Shown: positions 29,051 through 41,387 of the stretch, in pieces
Layout of the letters: each line of letters opens with the position of its first letter
Numbering within the stretch: position 1 is the stretch's first letter
DNA from: Flavobacteriales bacterium
GTDB lineage: Bacteria; Bacteroidota; Bacteroidia; Flavobacteriales_F; PHOS-HE28
Reading direction: 5' to 3'
NCBI GenBank assembly: GCA_016715895.1
Contig: JADJXH010000004.1
Location: forward strand, 356,712 to 420,711
DNA: 64,000 bases
Position numbers and translations under genes: made by a program
The notes under the pieces: generated by a model
Databases searched by the model: none
What the model was told of the DNA's origin: nothing
The model's input: the letters and a program-made list of their open reading frames with translations, nothing else

Positions 29051-31740
29051 ATGCGGTCGGGTGAACGCGAGGCGGTGCTGGAGCAGGCGCGGCTCCATGT
29101 GCGGCGCCACTTCAGCAAGCACATCGGTGCACGCTTCACCTTCCACGACCTGGACCACACGCTGGCGGTGACGCGCACGGCGCTGGAGATCGGTCGGGCC
29201 CACCGCCTGTCCGGGACAGACCTGTGGGTCCTGGAGATGGCGGCCCTGTTCCACGACACGGGCTACGCGCAGGCCTACGCGGGGCACGAGGGGGTGAGCG
29301 CGCGCCTGGCCGCGGCCTTTCTGAAGGAGCAGGGTGTACCGGCGGCGCTGGTCCGGCGTGTGGTGGGGCTGATCCAGGCCACGCGCATGGGTGCCCGGCC
29401 CCGGAGCCTGCTGCAGCGCATCCTGCGCGATGCGGACAGCGCCAAGGCCGGCCAGGTGGACTTCGAGGAGCACAGCGAGCGCTTGAAGCTGGAGCAGCAG
29501 GCCGTGACGGCGCGCTCCGTGAAGCGCGGCGAGTGGGCGCGCGAGAACCTGGCCTACCTGGAGGCGCATCGCTTCCACACACCGTACGCCGAGCGGCGCT
29601 TCGGGGCGCAGAAACGCATGAACCTGAGCCTCGCCCGGCGGCGTGTGCGCGAGGGTGTGCTGCCCGCACCACGGGTGCAGCACGACCCCTTCTTCGACCG
29701 CGACCTCAGCTGGCTGGCCTTCAACGACCGGGTGCTGCAGGAGGCCAGCGACCCGCGCGTGCCGCTGCTGGAGCGCATCAAGTTCCTGGCGATCTACAGC
29801 AGCAACCTCGACGAGTTCTATCGCGTGCGCGTGGCCTCGCTGCGCTCGCTGGCCAAGCTGGGGCGGCGCGACCGCACGGCGCTGGGGGTGGCCACCGAGG
29901 CCTTGATCGCCCGGATCAACCGCACCGCGCTGCAGCAGCAGAAGCAGTTCGGCCGCCTCTACCGGCGCACCCTGCTGCCCGCCCTGGCGCGCCATGGCAT
30001 CCGGCTGCTGCGCGACGACCAGCTGGACCCCCGCCAGGAGGCCTTCGCCCGCACTTTCTTCACCGCGCGGGTCGCGCCGCTGCTGCACACCGCCGAGGTG
30101 CGCGACGGCAACGCCCTGTTCATCGAGGACCGCAAGCTGTACCTCGTATGCCGGTTGCGGCCGGCGGGCAAGGGCAAACGCCGCGAACGGCTGGTGCTGG
30201 TGAACGTGCCCAGCGATGCGGTGGGCCGCTTCCTCACCCTGCCGGCCGCACGTGGCCGCACCGCGGTCATCTTCCTGGACGACGTGATGCGCCTGGGCCT
30301 GCAGGACCACTTCGCCGGTCACGTGCTGGTGGACAGTTACGCCATCAAGCTGAGCCGCGATGCCGAGCTGTACCTGGAGGAGGAGTTCGGCGAACGCGTG
30401 GTGGACAAGGTGCGCCGCAGCCTGCGCAAGCGCTCCACCGGTGTGCCCAGCCGCTTCCTGTACGACGAGCGCATGCCGGCACCCGTGCGCAAGGCGCTGC
30501 GGTCGCTGCTGGGGCTGAAGGGACCCGACCTGGTGGCCGGGGGGCGCTACCACAACTTCAGCGACCTGATGGGCCTGCCCGTGGAGGGCCATCCGGCCTT
30601 GCGCGATCCGGAGCGGGCACCCCTCCCCGCCCCGGACCCAGGGCGCGCCGTCGGCTCTTCGACCGCATCGCGCAGCACGACCTGCTGCTGCACTTCCCCT
30701 ACCACGACTTCGGTGTGGTGGTGGACTGGCTGCGGCAGGCCGCGCACGACCCGCAGGTGCGGAGCATCGCCCTCACGCTATACCGCGTGGCCGAGCGCTC
30801 GCAGGTGTGCGAGGCGCTCCTCGAGGCGCTTCGCGCCGGCAAGCAGGTCACCGTGTTCGTGGAGGTGCAGGCGCGCTTCGATGAGCGCACCAACCTGAAC
30901 TGGGGCGAGCAGCTGGAGGCCGACGGCGCGCGGGTGCTGTACAGCTATGAGGGGCTGAAGGTGCACGGCAAGCTCGGCCTCATCGAACGGCGCGAAGGCC
31001 GCGCCACAAAGCGCTACGCCTACCTCGGCACCGGCAACTTCCACGAGCGCACCGCGCGGCTGTACGCGGATTGCGCGCTCCTGACGGCCGACAACGAGCT
31101 GTGCCGCGAGGTCAGCGAGGTGTTCCGCCACCTGGCGGACCGGCGGCATGTGCCACAGCTGCGGCACCTGATGATGGCACCCACCGGTCTGCGCAGCGGC
31201 CTGGAGGCCCTCATCGACCGGGAGATCGAGCAGGCCCGTTCCGGCAAGCCCTCGGGCATCCTGCTCAAGATGAACAGCCTGGAGGACAAGGCCATGATCG
31301 GCAAGTTGTATGACGCATCGCGCGCCGGAGTGCCCGTCCGCCTCATCGTGCGCGGCATCTGCTGCCTGGTGCCCGGCATCCCGGGAACGAGCGACAGCAT
31401 CTCGGCCATCAGCATCGTGGACCGCTACCTGGAGCATGCGCGGGCCTACGTGTTCCACGCGCAGGGGCGGCAGCTGGTGTACCTGGCCAGCGCCGACCTG
31501 ATGGAGCGCAACCTGGACCGCCGCGTGGAGGTGGCCTTCCCGCTGCGCGATGCGGCCGCCAAGGCCGAGGTGTTGCGCATGCTCGAACTGCAGTGGGCCG
31601 ATACCACGAAGGCCCGCGCGATCGATGTGCGGCAGGAGAACCGATACCGCAAACCTCCGCGCGGGACCAAGGCCGTGCGGGCCCAGGAGCAGTTCCGCGC
31701 GTGGCTGGCCACCCGGGACAGGCCGCAGGGTGGCCGATAG
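29051..31740 (+). CDS. ppk: Polyphosphate kinase 1 with N-terminal HD-domain extension; one apparent frameshift near 30645
   Basis: HD motif (…FHDLDHTLAV…AALFHDTGY…) at 29051-29600, in frame with PPK1 N-domain (…FFDRDLSWLAFNDRVLQEA…). After …DPERAPLPAPD the PPK continues in another frame (…RLFDRIAQHDLLLHFPYHDF… to the conserved PLD-like C-terminus). Internal ATG at 29618 could give a stand-alone PPK. Confidence 0.8.
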
Positions 31741-31744
31741 ACGC

Positions 31745-32569
31745 CTAGACCGGCAACTGGGAGGGTGCGACCAGCACCGGGGTGCGGGCGCGACGGAGCA
31801 CCTGCTCGGCCCGGCTGCCCCAGAGCGCATCCCCCAGGCTGTCGTGCCCTTCGGTGGCCATGGCCACCAGGTCGACCGCCAGGCGATCGGCGGTGTCCAC
31901 GATGGCATCCACCACCTCTCCGTCGGCATGGTGATGGGTGAAGGAGGCGCGTCCGTTCAGGCGATCGTGCAGGTCGGCCGGCAGGGCGGCCTCCCCCACC
32001 GTCAGGGTATGCACCTCCACCCGCTCCACGCCACAGCGCTGCAGCAGGTCGTGCAGGGCGATGCCGGCGGTGCGGGCCAGCGCGGGCGGTCCCACGGGCA
32101 GCAGCACCCGGTGCAGGGCCACGCGGCCGTGGTCGGGCAGCACGAAGCCGGGCACGCCGGCAGGCACCACCAAGGCCGGCACACGGGACTTGCGCATGAG
32201 GCCCTCGGCCACCGAGGCCTTCAACAAGCGATCGGTACCCGTGCGCTGCCCGGTGCCCAGCACAAGCCAGTGCGCAGGATGCCGGATCAGGTGGTCCAGG
32301 CAGGCGGTCACCGGATCGCCCTCGGCGCTGATCACCTTGCGCACGGCGAGGCGCAGGGCGCTGAGGCCCTCCTCGTCCTCGGGATGGCGCAGCAGGCCCC
32401 AGTCGACCAGGGCCTGGCGCACACCGGGCAGATCGCTGCGGTGCGCCTCACCGTCGGTGACATGCAGGATGGTGAGCTTGCCGGGCGCCGCCACGGCCAG
32501 CCGCAGGGCGTGCCGGAAGGCGGTGGCCCCGGCCTCGGACAGGTCCGTGGGGTGGAAGATGTGGGTCAT
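31745..32569 (-). CDS. Universal stress protein family protein (tandem UspA domains)
   Basis: ATG at 32569 (MTHIFHPTDLSEAGATAFRHALRLAV…ILHV…). Two Usp-like halves, each with …RRARTPVLVAP/…RKSRVPALVVP motifs. Confidence 0.85.
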   Translation of the reverse strand: MTHIFHPTDLSEAGATAFRHALRLAVAAPGKLTILHVTDGEAHRSDLPGVRQALVDWGLLRHPEDEEGLSALRLAVRKVISAEGDPVTACLDHLIRHPAHWLVLGTGQRTGTDRLLKASVAEGLMRKSRVPALVVPAGVPGFVLPDHGRVALHRVLLPVGPPALARTAGIALHDLLQRCGVERVEVHTLTVGEAALPADLHDRLNGRASFTHHHADGEVVDAIVDTADRLAVDLVAMATEGHDSLGDALWGSRAEQVLRRARTPVLVAPSQLPV

Positions 32570-32690
32570 CGGCGGAGGGCTCTGCAAGATGGGACGCAGG
32601 CGGAAGATGTGCGTTGCCCTCCCGTGTTTTTGGTACGTGACCGATCGTTTATCTTTGTGCCCCTTCGCGAAGAACGGAGGGTGACATTCT

Positions 32691-33709
<1,019 letters not shown>

Positions 33710-33714
<5 letters not shown>

Positions 33715-34594
33715 CCTTTCCGGCTCCCTGATCGAGCGGCTGTGCGAGCAGCTGAGCCGCCACCTCGGTGAGCATGCGGACATCGAGCATCAGGAGCCGG
33801 TGGACGGCGGCAGCATCTGTGCGTCCTACCGGCTGCACACCACGGCGGGGCGCTGGTTCGTGAAGGTGGTCAATGCCGGTCGGCACCCCGGCCTCTTCGC
33901 CGCCGAAACGGACGGGCTGGAGCGGTTGCGGGCCACGGGCGCGGTGCGCGTGCCGCTTGTGGTGGGCCACGGCGAGGACCACGACGAGGCCTACCTGCTA
34001 TTGGAGCACATCGATGGCGGCCTGCGCAGCACCGCGTTCCGGGAAGGCCTGGGGCGCGGGCTGGCCGCGCTGCACCGCCACACGGCGCCGCACTTCGGGC
34101 TGGAGCGCGACAACTTCATCGGCAGCCTGCCGCAGGTGAACACCCGCGAGGCGGACTGGCCCACCTTTCTGGTGCGCCACCGGCTGGAGCCCCTGGTGCG
34201 GCGGGCGCGCGACCGTCGGCGGCTGGATCCGGCCACGGTGCAGCGCTTCGACCGGCTGTTCGCCCGGCTGGACATGCTCTTCCCGCCCGAGCCGCCGACC
34301 CTGCTGCACGGCGACCTGTGGAGCGGCAACGTGCTGTGCGCGACCGACCATGCGCCGGTGCTGATCGATCCCGCCGTGTACCATGGCCACCGCGAGATGG
34401 ACCTGGCGATGGCACGGCTCTTCGGGGGCTTCGACGAGGCTTTCTTCAGCGTCTACCAGTCAGAATACCCGCTGGAACCCGGCTGGGCGGAACGGGTGGA
34501 GCTGTGCCAGCTCTACCCGTTGCTGGTGCACGTGCTGCTCTTCGGTGGTGGTTATGCGGCGCAGGTGGAGGGGGTGCTGCGGCGGTTCGCGTGA
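33710..34594 (+). CDS. Fructosamine/ketosamine-3-kinase family protein
   Basis: MALSGSLIERLCEQLSRHLGE… with family motifs …LLLEHIDGG… and HGDLWSGN…DPAVYHGHREMDLAM. Start codon lies in the final copy of the upstream tandem repeat. Confidence 0.85.
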
Positions 34595-34660
34595 GGCGGG
34601 GGAGCGCCGGCCGATGGAAAGGACAACTCGGCCATTCCGGCCCGCCCACACGCCCCTCCC

Positions 34661-36612
34661 CTACAACTTGAACCCCTTCACCGCGTCGCCCTCGGCCAGG
34701 TACACGGTGTTGGTGAAGGCGTCCACCTCGTAGCGCGGCGCCTTCTCGGTGCCCAGGGGGATGCTGCCGACCTCATGGCCATCGCTGCGGCGCAGGGCCT
34801 TCAGCACGTGCTCGCCTTTGCCTGCCACGGTCATCATGAAGTGGATGTCGGCGGTGGTGGCGCTGGCGGTGAAGCGGGCGTTGGCCTCCTGGAAGAAGCG
34901 GGCGGCGGCGCCGGTGGCGGCCACGGCCCCCTCGCCGTACACCTGGCTCACCGCGCCGGTGATGTCGCGCGCGGCGGCACTGCCCGCATCGGTGACCTGG
35001 ATGCTCTGGCTGGCGGCGCCGAAGGCCGCACTGGTGTAGCTGTAGGCCGCAGCGGCGTAGATGGCGCGCACGGCGCTGGCGTACTTCAAGGCGCGCACCA
35101 GGCCGCTCTCGCGCGGCGCGGGCAGGTATTTGCGGTACTTCAACGACCCGTCGGTGCCCAACAGCGCGAGGTTCTGGTCGCTGCTCAGCACCAGGCCGTC
35201 GGGAGCGCTCTCCAACGCGGTGGGCTTCTCCTTGCCCTCAAAGACCACGGGCGTGGTGCCCAGCGCGCGGGCCGCGCCGCCGTTCTCCGGCACGGTGTGC
35301 AGCAGCCCATCCTTGGTGTTGAAGACGTAGGTGGTGCTCGCGTCCACGGCCACCAGGTCGGCGCCGCCCTTCAGGGGGCTGGGCAGGCGCGAGAGGCCGG
35401 TGGCGAGGTCGATGACGTCGACCTCCTCCGCGGTGGCCACCAGCACATCGCCGCCCAGCAGGCGCACGCTGCGCACCACGCCGTCCAGCTTCACGGGCTT
35501 CTTCCACAGCTCGGTGCCGGCGGCGTCCACCAGGCTCACCACGCCATCATCGCCGCCGCTGGTGAGCAGGGTGCGGTCGCCCAGTTCCACGGCGCCGGCC
35601 AGGATGCCCTTCACGTTGATGCCCTTGCCGTTCTTGCCCCACTTGCCCGCGCCGGTGGCGTAGTCGAGCAGGTCCACGCTGCGGGTGTCGCCGGCGCCCA
35701 CCAGCAGGCCCTGCTTCAGCGGCACGATGGTGCCGAGCTTCTGCTGCATCTGCAGGGGCGCGCTCCAGGCGTAGCTGCCATCGTCGATGCGAAAGGCGTT
35801 CACGAAGGTCTTGTAGGTCACCGTCACGGTCTTCTTGCCCTGGCTGTCGGTGCTCTCCTTGCGCTGCTCGGTCTGCATGCCCATGAAGCCCAGGCCGGGC
35901 GCGTGGGGGTGGTGACGAAGAGGCCGGTGACGCCGGGCAGGTTGATGTTGGCGCCGCCCTTGTCCAGCATGGCGGCCAGGCCGCTCATCTTCTCGAAAGC
36001 GGGGTCGGGGCTCTTCTTCCAGAGCTCGGCGCCGGTCTTCGCGTCCAGCTTGTAGGCGAAGAAGAGGGTGCTGAGCAGGATGGCGTCGGGGCCGGCGCTG
36101 TTGCAAGCGGTGAGGCGGCTGAAGCTGTCGTCCTTGGTCCAGCGCACGGCGCCGGTGCCCATGTCCACGCAGGCCATGGCGGCGGTCTTGTCGGCCTTCT
36201 GGCCCACCACCACGATGGCGTTGTTGGCGTAGAGGAACCAGGTGCCGGTGACGTTGCTGATGCCGGCGGCATCGCTGCTGAAGACCACGGATCCGCCGAA
36301 GGGTTCCACCACGAAGAGGGCTTCGGGACGGCCCTGCGGGGCGAGGGCGATGAAGGGGCTGCGCTCCACCTCGCGGTAGCCGTCCACCGGGGCGTTGGCC
36401 AGTTCCTTCAGCGACCAGGCCACCGTGCCGGTGGCGGGGTCCACGCCCTTGAGGGCGTCGGCGGTGGCCACCACGAGGGCGCCGGCGCTGGTGGTGCGCA
36501 TCCATTGCACGGGGCCGGTGGCGGCGGTCCAGGCGGGGCTCAGCTGGGCGCTGGCGGCGGTGGCGAGGGTGACAAGGAGCAAGCTGGCGGAGGTGCGTAG
36601 GGCGTGCGTCAT
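34661..36612 (-). CDS. PQQ-like beta-propeller repeat protein (two propeller regions), secreted; frameshift at a C5/G5 run near 35905
   Basis: Signal peptide MTHALRTSASLLLVTLATAASAQ at the ATG at 36612. N-part in the frame of ORF 35824..36672 (…LDAKTGAELWKK…), continuing after …LFVTTP in the frame of ORF 34661..36643 (…HAPGLGFMGMQTEQ…). Repeated …G.L.ALDA.TG..LW… propeller blades. Confidence 0.7.
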
Positions 36613-36669
36613 GGTCGGTGGGTTCGGCGGGAGCGGTTCGCAAAGGTCGTGCCCGGGAGGGGGGTGGGA

Positions 36670-36749
36670 CATGTGCTCATGTGGTCATGTGCCCGTGTGA
36701 CCATGTGCTCATGTGGACATGTGCTCATGTGGGCATGTGCTCATGTGGC
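36670..36749. repeat. Short tandem repeat, about 5 copies of 16-bp unit CATGTGCTCATGTGGN
   Basis: acatgtgctcatgtggt catgtgcccgtgtgac catgtgctcatgtgga catgtgctcatgtggg catgtgctcatgtggc, read directly. Confidence 0.8.
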
Positions 36750-36815
36750 GATCCCGCAGGGCCGGAGCAGGAAGGAAGAAGGAACAAGGAGGAAGAGCCA
36801 AGAAGAAGGATGGGT

Positions 36816-36944
36816 GGCGACCTGACGGTGGTGGTGGACACGAACTCACGCAGAGGGCGCAGAGGACGCAGAGCGCCTCCGCATCGTCACTGCGAGGCGC
36901 TGCGATGGACCGGTGGATGGGGCGCCGTGGCAGTCTCCCCTGAG
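36816..36944. repeat. 129-bp intergenic repeat element, copy 1 (direct repeat of 38848..38974). Contains CTCACGCAGAGGGCGCAGAGGACGCAGAGCGCCTCCGCATCGTCACTGCGAGGCGCTGCG with an internal hairpin
   Basis: Near-identical to 38848..38974 (few mismatches). Core 24 nt also recurs at 49942..49965. Confidence 0.8.
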
Positions 36945-37047
36945 CGGACGGGAGCACCGGCACGCGTACCTTAGCTACCGGAGTCTACACGGCCATGCTG
37001 GAAGCGGACGGCATCCGCATCGGGGTGACCAAGTTCGAACTTGTTCG

Positions 37048-38582
37048 ATGAAGAGAGATCTGGTCCCAGGAATACTCTTAGCGGTTTCAGTTCTGGGGCC
37101 TGCAAGAAGTGGCGCCCAAGAGTACATGAGGCGGTACGACGCCTTGGGACAGGACCGGGCGCAAGGTGCCGTCGGGATCGAGCTGTTGGCCGATAGCACG
37201 TGGCTGGTGGTATTGAGCGGCAAACTCCAAGTTGGCGGTCTCATCTACAGCTCGGTCGTCACGGGGCTGCGCATTGATCGGTATGGGGTACCGTTGGATA
37301 CGGCCTTTGCTTTCACAGAAGGGCACGCTACCTATCCGGGTTGGGTGAACACCGCATGCCCACGACCGGGGGGTGGAGTTGTGGTTGGAGGAGGGGACAA
37401 GGACTCGACGAACATTGACCGAGCGGTGTTGTATTTCTTCGCCCCAACAGGGGCTTTTGATAGTTTATTGGCTTACGGAGGAGCTGGGGATGAACGTATC
37501 GGACGACAGGCGAGGACCACCCCTGATGGCGGGTATGTGATCACTGGGGAAACCAGCGCCAGCGGGACCAGCGTAGACGGCTTTCTGCTAAAGGTGGACA
37601 GCCTGGGGAACCCGGAGTGGGTGCAGACCTACGGGTTGCCGAACCGGACCGAGGTACTGACCACCGTGGACCTGGCGCCTGGGAACGGCTACTACCTGGG
37701 CGGCCAGGTGAACATGGGCAGCGGGAACTACGACCAATGGCTGCTGCGCGTGGACGCGAGCGGGGGGTGATCTGGGAAGAAGACTACCCCACCCCCTACC
37801 ACGACCCCAGTACCCATGTGACCACCTTGGCGGATAGCGACCTGGTCTTCGCGACCGCGTGGTCAGTGAACCCCGCTGATGACCAAGTACTGGCCCTGGT
37901 GAAGGTGGACCCGAACGGGAGCACCCTGTGGTCGAAGACCTATGATGGTGCAGCTTACAACACCGCACTGTTCGCCGTGAAGGAGGTGAGCCCCGGAGGG
38001 GATCTGATCGCGGTGGGCCAGAGCTCGTATCCCAGCCTCTTCAACGGTGTGTTGCTGCGTACAACTGCACAAGGGGATAGTTTATGGATGCGCTACTATC
38101 AGTACGCCGATAGTTTGTGGACACAGGGCTTCGGGAACTTGCGCGACGTGATGCCCACTCCGGACGGCGGCTTCATTGCCGTGGGCACGGCCTATCCGAG
38201 CAGCAACAACCCGAACGATCCGCCGATCTACGGGCAGGACACGTGGGTGGTGAAGGTGGACAGCATGGGTTGCCTGGAGCCGGGCTGCCACCTGATCACG
38301 GGCCTGGAGAGCCAGGTGACCACCTGGCGCGGTGCGCTGACGGTGGCGCCGAATCCGGCTCGAGGCGTGGCGCAGCTGGCGTGGGAGTTGCCAGATGGGC
38401 TGGTCGGCAGTTGCCAGTTGTCTTTGGTGAGTGCCGCGGGACACTTGGTGGAAACGGTGCCGGTGGCGCTCGCCGAGAAGAACTATTCCCTGGATGTGTC
38501 GGGCTATCCGGCCGGGCTCTATCATGTGCACCTGGTGGTGGATGGGCGGTGGGTGAGCGGGGGGAGGATGGTGGTGGAGTGA
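37048..38582 (+). CDS. T9SS-secreted hypothetical protein (type A CTD); frameshift at the G6 run 37762-37767
   Basis: Signal peptide MKRDLVPGILLAVSVLGPARSGAQ. ORF 36913..37770 ends …LLRVDASGG* and the protein continues in ORF 37617..38582 (…VIWEEDYPTPYHD…). C-terminus LTVAPNPARGVAQLAWELPDG…YHVHLVVDGRWVSGGRMVVE is a T9SS CTD. Confidence 0.7.
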
Positions 38583-38847
38583 GGGAGGCAAAGCGGAAAG
38601 CTGAAAGTTGAAAGTTGAAAGCTGAAAGAAGAGACGACCTGACGGCGGCCGTGGACTTGGCCTCCAGCTTCCGGCCACGAGCCTCCAGCCTCCGACCGCA
38701 GAACCGGACCGCGTGATGATGGCTGGGAAGGGGAGATCGCTTCGGCGGAAGAGCCCGCTTCGCGATTACGTTGATGACAAGGGTGCGGAGGGAGTCCTCT
38801 GAGTCGGGAGTCCTCTGAGTCGGGAGTCCTCTGAGTCGGAAGGCTGT

Positions 38848-38974
38848 GGCGACCTGACGGCAGCGGTGGACAAGCACTCACGCAGAGGGCGCAGAGGACG
38901 CAGAGCACCTCCGCATCGTCACTGCGAGGCGCTGCGATGGACCGGTGGGTGGGGCGCCGTGGCAGTCTCCCTTG
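38848..38974. repeat. 129-bp intergenic repeat element, copy 2 (direct repeat of 36816..36944). Lies within a 525-bp repeat-dense spacer that also holds 6-7-bp (tgaaag)n, 16-bp (gagtcctctgagtcgg)x3 and two 40-bp GGGGAGATCGCTTCGGCGG… copies
   Basis: Direct comparison of the two regions; additional microrepeats read at 38596-38630, 38797-38844, 38721-38760 and 38992-39032. Confidence 0.8.
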
Positions 38975-39108
38975 AGAGGGGATGGAGCACTTCCGGGGAG
39001 ATCGCTTCGGCGGCAAATGCCCGTCTCGCGATGACGGTGTGGGAAGGGGAGATCCCTTCGCCCGCGGAGCCGGGCTCGTGAGGACGTGTGGAGAGGCGCG
39101 TTAAACCG

Positions 39109-41301
39109 CTACCCGTCGCGCAACAATGGCATCTCCACCTCCACGCGGGTGCCGGTGGGGCGGTCCACATAGCGGAAGCCGGCGTGGCCGCCGTGCTGCT
39201 TCTGCACCAGATCAAGCCGGCTGCGGGTGATGGCCGTGCCCAGGGAGGTCTTCTTGGTGGGCTGTTCGGGTGCGGCGGCCTTCGGGGCGTGGCGCCCCAC
39301 ACCATCGTCCTCAATGATCCACAGGAGCTGTCCGCCGCGTGGCTCCACGGTGAGGGTGATGTGGCCCTTGCCCTCCATCTGGGTGACGCCGTGCCAGATG
39401 GCGTTCTCCACGAAGGGCTGCACCACCAGGGGCGGCACCTGCACCTCCTGCGGGTCGATGTCGGGATGCACCTTGATGGTGAAGTCGAACTTCTCCTGCA
39501 GCCGTCGGCGTTCGAGGTCCATGTAGCCGCGCAGGGTCTCCAAGTCGTCGTGCAGGGGCACGGTGGCGTGGCGGCTGTTCTCCAGCACGCTGCGCATCAC
39601 GCGGGCGAAGCGGGTGAGGTAGGAGCCGGCGGCGTCGGGGTCGTTGCGCTGGATGTAGGCGTTGATGGAGTTGAGGGCGTTGAAGATGAAGTGGGGGTTC
39701 ATCTGGCTGCGCAGGGCCTGGGTCTCCAGGTGGGCGGCCTCCTTCTCGAAGCGCTCGCGGCGGCGCTTGCGATCGAGCCGGAAGAAGAGCACGCCGCCGG
39801 CCATGAGCACCAGGGCGACGACCCCGAGGAGCTGCATGCGGTCGCGCGCCTGTGCGGCCTCGAGGCGCGCCACGCGGGAGGTGAGCCGCTCGCGTTCGAT
39901 GGCCTCGGCGCTGGCGATGCTGTCGGCGACGATGCGCTCACGCATGTCGGTCTCGATCTGGCGCTTCAGCAGGCCGAGGCGGAACTGTTCGCGGTCCAGC
40001 GAGTCGGCGCTGGCGAGGTGCAGTTCGTGCATGGCGAGGGCGGTGCGGGTGTCGCCGCGGCGTTTGTGCACTTCGTAGAGCAGGAGGCTGGCGCGGGCCA
40101 CCAGGGCAAGGTCGCCGCGCTGCCGGGCGGCGCGGAGGGCCTCCTCCCCGCTCTTCAGCGCCTGCTCGGTGCGGCCCACGGCGAAGGCCACCTCGCCGTG
40201 CTCCACGCCGGCAGCGATGCCGGCCAGGCCCGCCTGGCGCACCAGGGCCTCGCTGGCGGCCAGGTAGGCGAGCGCGCTGTCCGTGCTGCCGAGCGCGCGG
40301 TGGGCCCGGCCGAGGTCGAGCAGGAGCTCGGCGCGTCGCGGGGTGAGGCCGCCGAGGGTGGCGGGGTCGAGGGCGTGCGGACCGGCGCCACCGGCGAGCT
40401 GCAGTCCCTCGCGCAAGGGCGGCAGGGCCTCGCGTGCCGATCCGCGTTGGATGTGGAAGCGGCCCAGGCGGTCGCGGAACCGGGCGATGTCGGCGGGGTT
40501 GCCACGGGCCTCGGCCTTGGCCGCACCCGCGAGGATGAGCTCGCGCAGCGGGGCTTCCTGAGCGGTGAGGGCGTAGGTGGTGATGAGCAGGTCGATGGCC
40601 CCTATGGCACCGGTCGCATCGCCCAGGGTGTCGAAGGCGGCGTGTGCGGAGCGGGCCTTGTCGAAGGCGGCGGTGAGCCCCACGCGGGCCATGGCGCGGG
40701 CGATGCCGAGCTCGGCATAGGCGGCATCGCGCCGGTCGCCGAGGGCGTGGTCGATGGCCACGATGCGCTCGCCGGCCGCGATGGCCCCGCGCAGGTCGCC
40801 GCGGTCGGTGAGCAGGGCCATCTCCTCGTGCAGCAGGCGGCGCAGGCCGAGGCTGTCGCGGGCGGCGATGGCGCGGGCGGCCGCGCGGTGCAACACGGTG
40901 CGGGCGCTGTCCGTGCGCCCTGCGGAGCTCCAATGCTGGGCGAGCAGGGCCGCAAGCTCCACCTGGCGCCCGCGCAGGGCGGGCTGCTCGTTCAGGGCCC
41001 CGATGGCGGCCTCGAACGCGTCCGCGGCCTCGCGGGTGCGGCCGGCCCGGCGATGCACGGTGGCCTCCAGGACGGCGAGCTCCGCCAAGAGGCTGTCCAC
41101 ACGGCGCACGGTGGCACCATCGGTGGCGGTGCGGGCGAGGTCCAGGTCCGTACGCAGGGAGGCGAGGCCCCGCAGGGTCTGGTCGTCGTCGGTGCCGAGG
41201 CGCAGCACCTCGAGGCGGGCCTCCAGTTCGCGCCCCGCCCGGTCCTGCGCGTGCGCCGGAAGGACGGCGACCAGCAGCGCGATGAGGAGGAGGCGGGCCA
41301 T
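39109..41301 (-). CDS. Sensor histidine kinase, LytS/YehU-like (N-terminal TPR-rich periplasmic region, one TM, His_kinase + HATPase)
   Basis: Signal/TM MARLLLIALLVAVLPAHAQ at the ATG at 41301. Long Ala/Leu TPR-like repeats, TM LLGVVALVLMAGGVLFF, then LytS-type H-box MNPHFIFNALNSINAY and ATPase (…VENAIWHG…). Confidence 0.8.
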   Translation of the reverse strand: MARLLLIALLVAVLPAHAQDRAGRELEARLEVLRLGTDDDQTLRGLASLRTDLDLARTATDGATVRRVDSLLAELAVLEATVHRRAGRTREAADAFEAAIGALNEQPALRGRQVELAALLAQHWSSAGRTDSARTVLHRAAARAIAARDSLGLRRLLHEEMALLTDRGDLRGAIAAGERIVAIDHALGDRRDAAYAELGIARAMARVGLTAAFDKARSAHAAFDTLGDATGAIGAIDLLITTYALTAQEAPLRELILAGAAKAEARGNPADIARFRDRLGRFHIQRGSAREALPPLREGLQLAGGAGPHALDPATLGGLTPRRAELLLDLGRAHRALGSTDSALAYLAASEALVRQAGLAGIAAGVEHGEVAFAVGRTEQALKSGEEALRAARQRGDLALVARASLLLYEVHKRRGDTRTALAMHELHLASADSLDREQFRLGLLKRQIETDMRERIVADSIASAEAIERERLTSRVARLEAAQARDRMQLLGVVALVLMAGGVLFFRLDRKRRRERFEKEAAHLETQALRSQMNPHFIFNALNSINAYIQRNDPDAAGSYLTRFARVMRSVLENSRHATVPLHDDLETLRGYMDLERRRLQEKFDFTIKVHPDIDPQEVQVPPLVVQPFVENAIWHGVTQMEGKGHITLTVEPRGGQLLWIIEDDGVGRHAPKAAAPEQPTKKTSLGTAITRSRLDLVQKQHGGHAGFRYVDRPTGTRVEVEMPLLRDG

Positions 41302-41387
41302 GACGGTGCGAAGATCGACCGGGATGGCCCACGGTGGCGTTCCGCCCCATCGATCGCTGGTGCCGTAGTTTAGGCTCCCTGATCGCC

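Noticed and set aside
36670-36749. Possible CRISPR or riboswitch in the 16-bp tandem repeat
   Set aside because: Head-to-tail 16-bp units without spacers. Too short and regular for CRISPR. No conserved riboswitch-like structure recognised.
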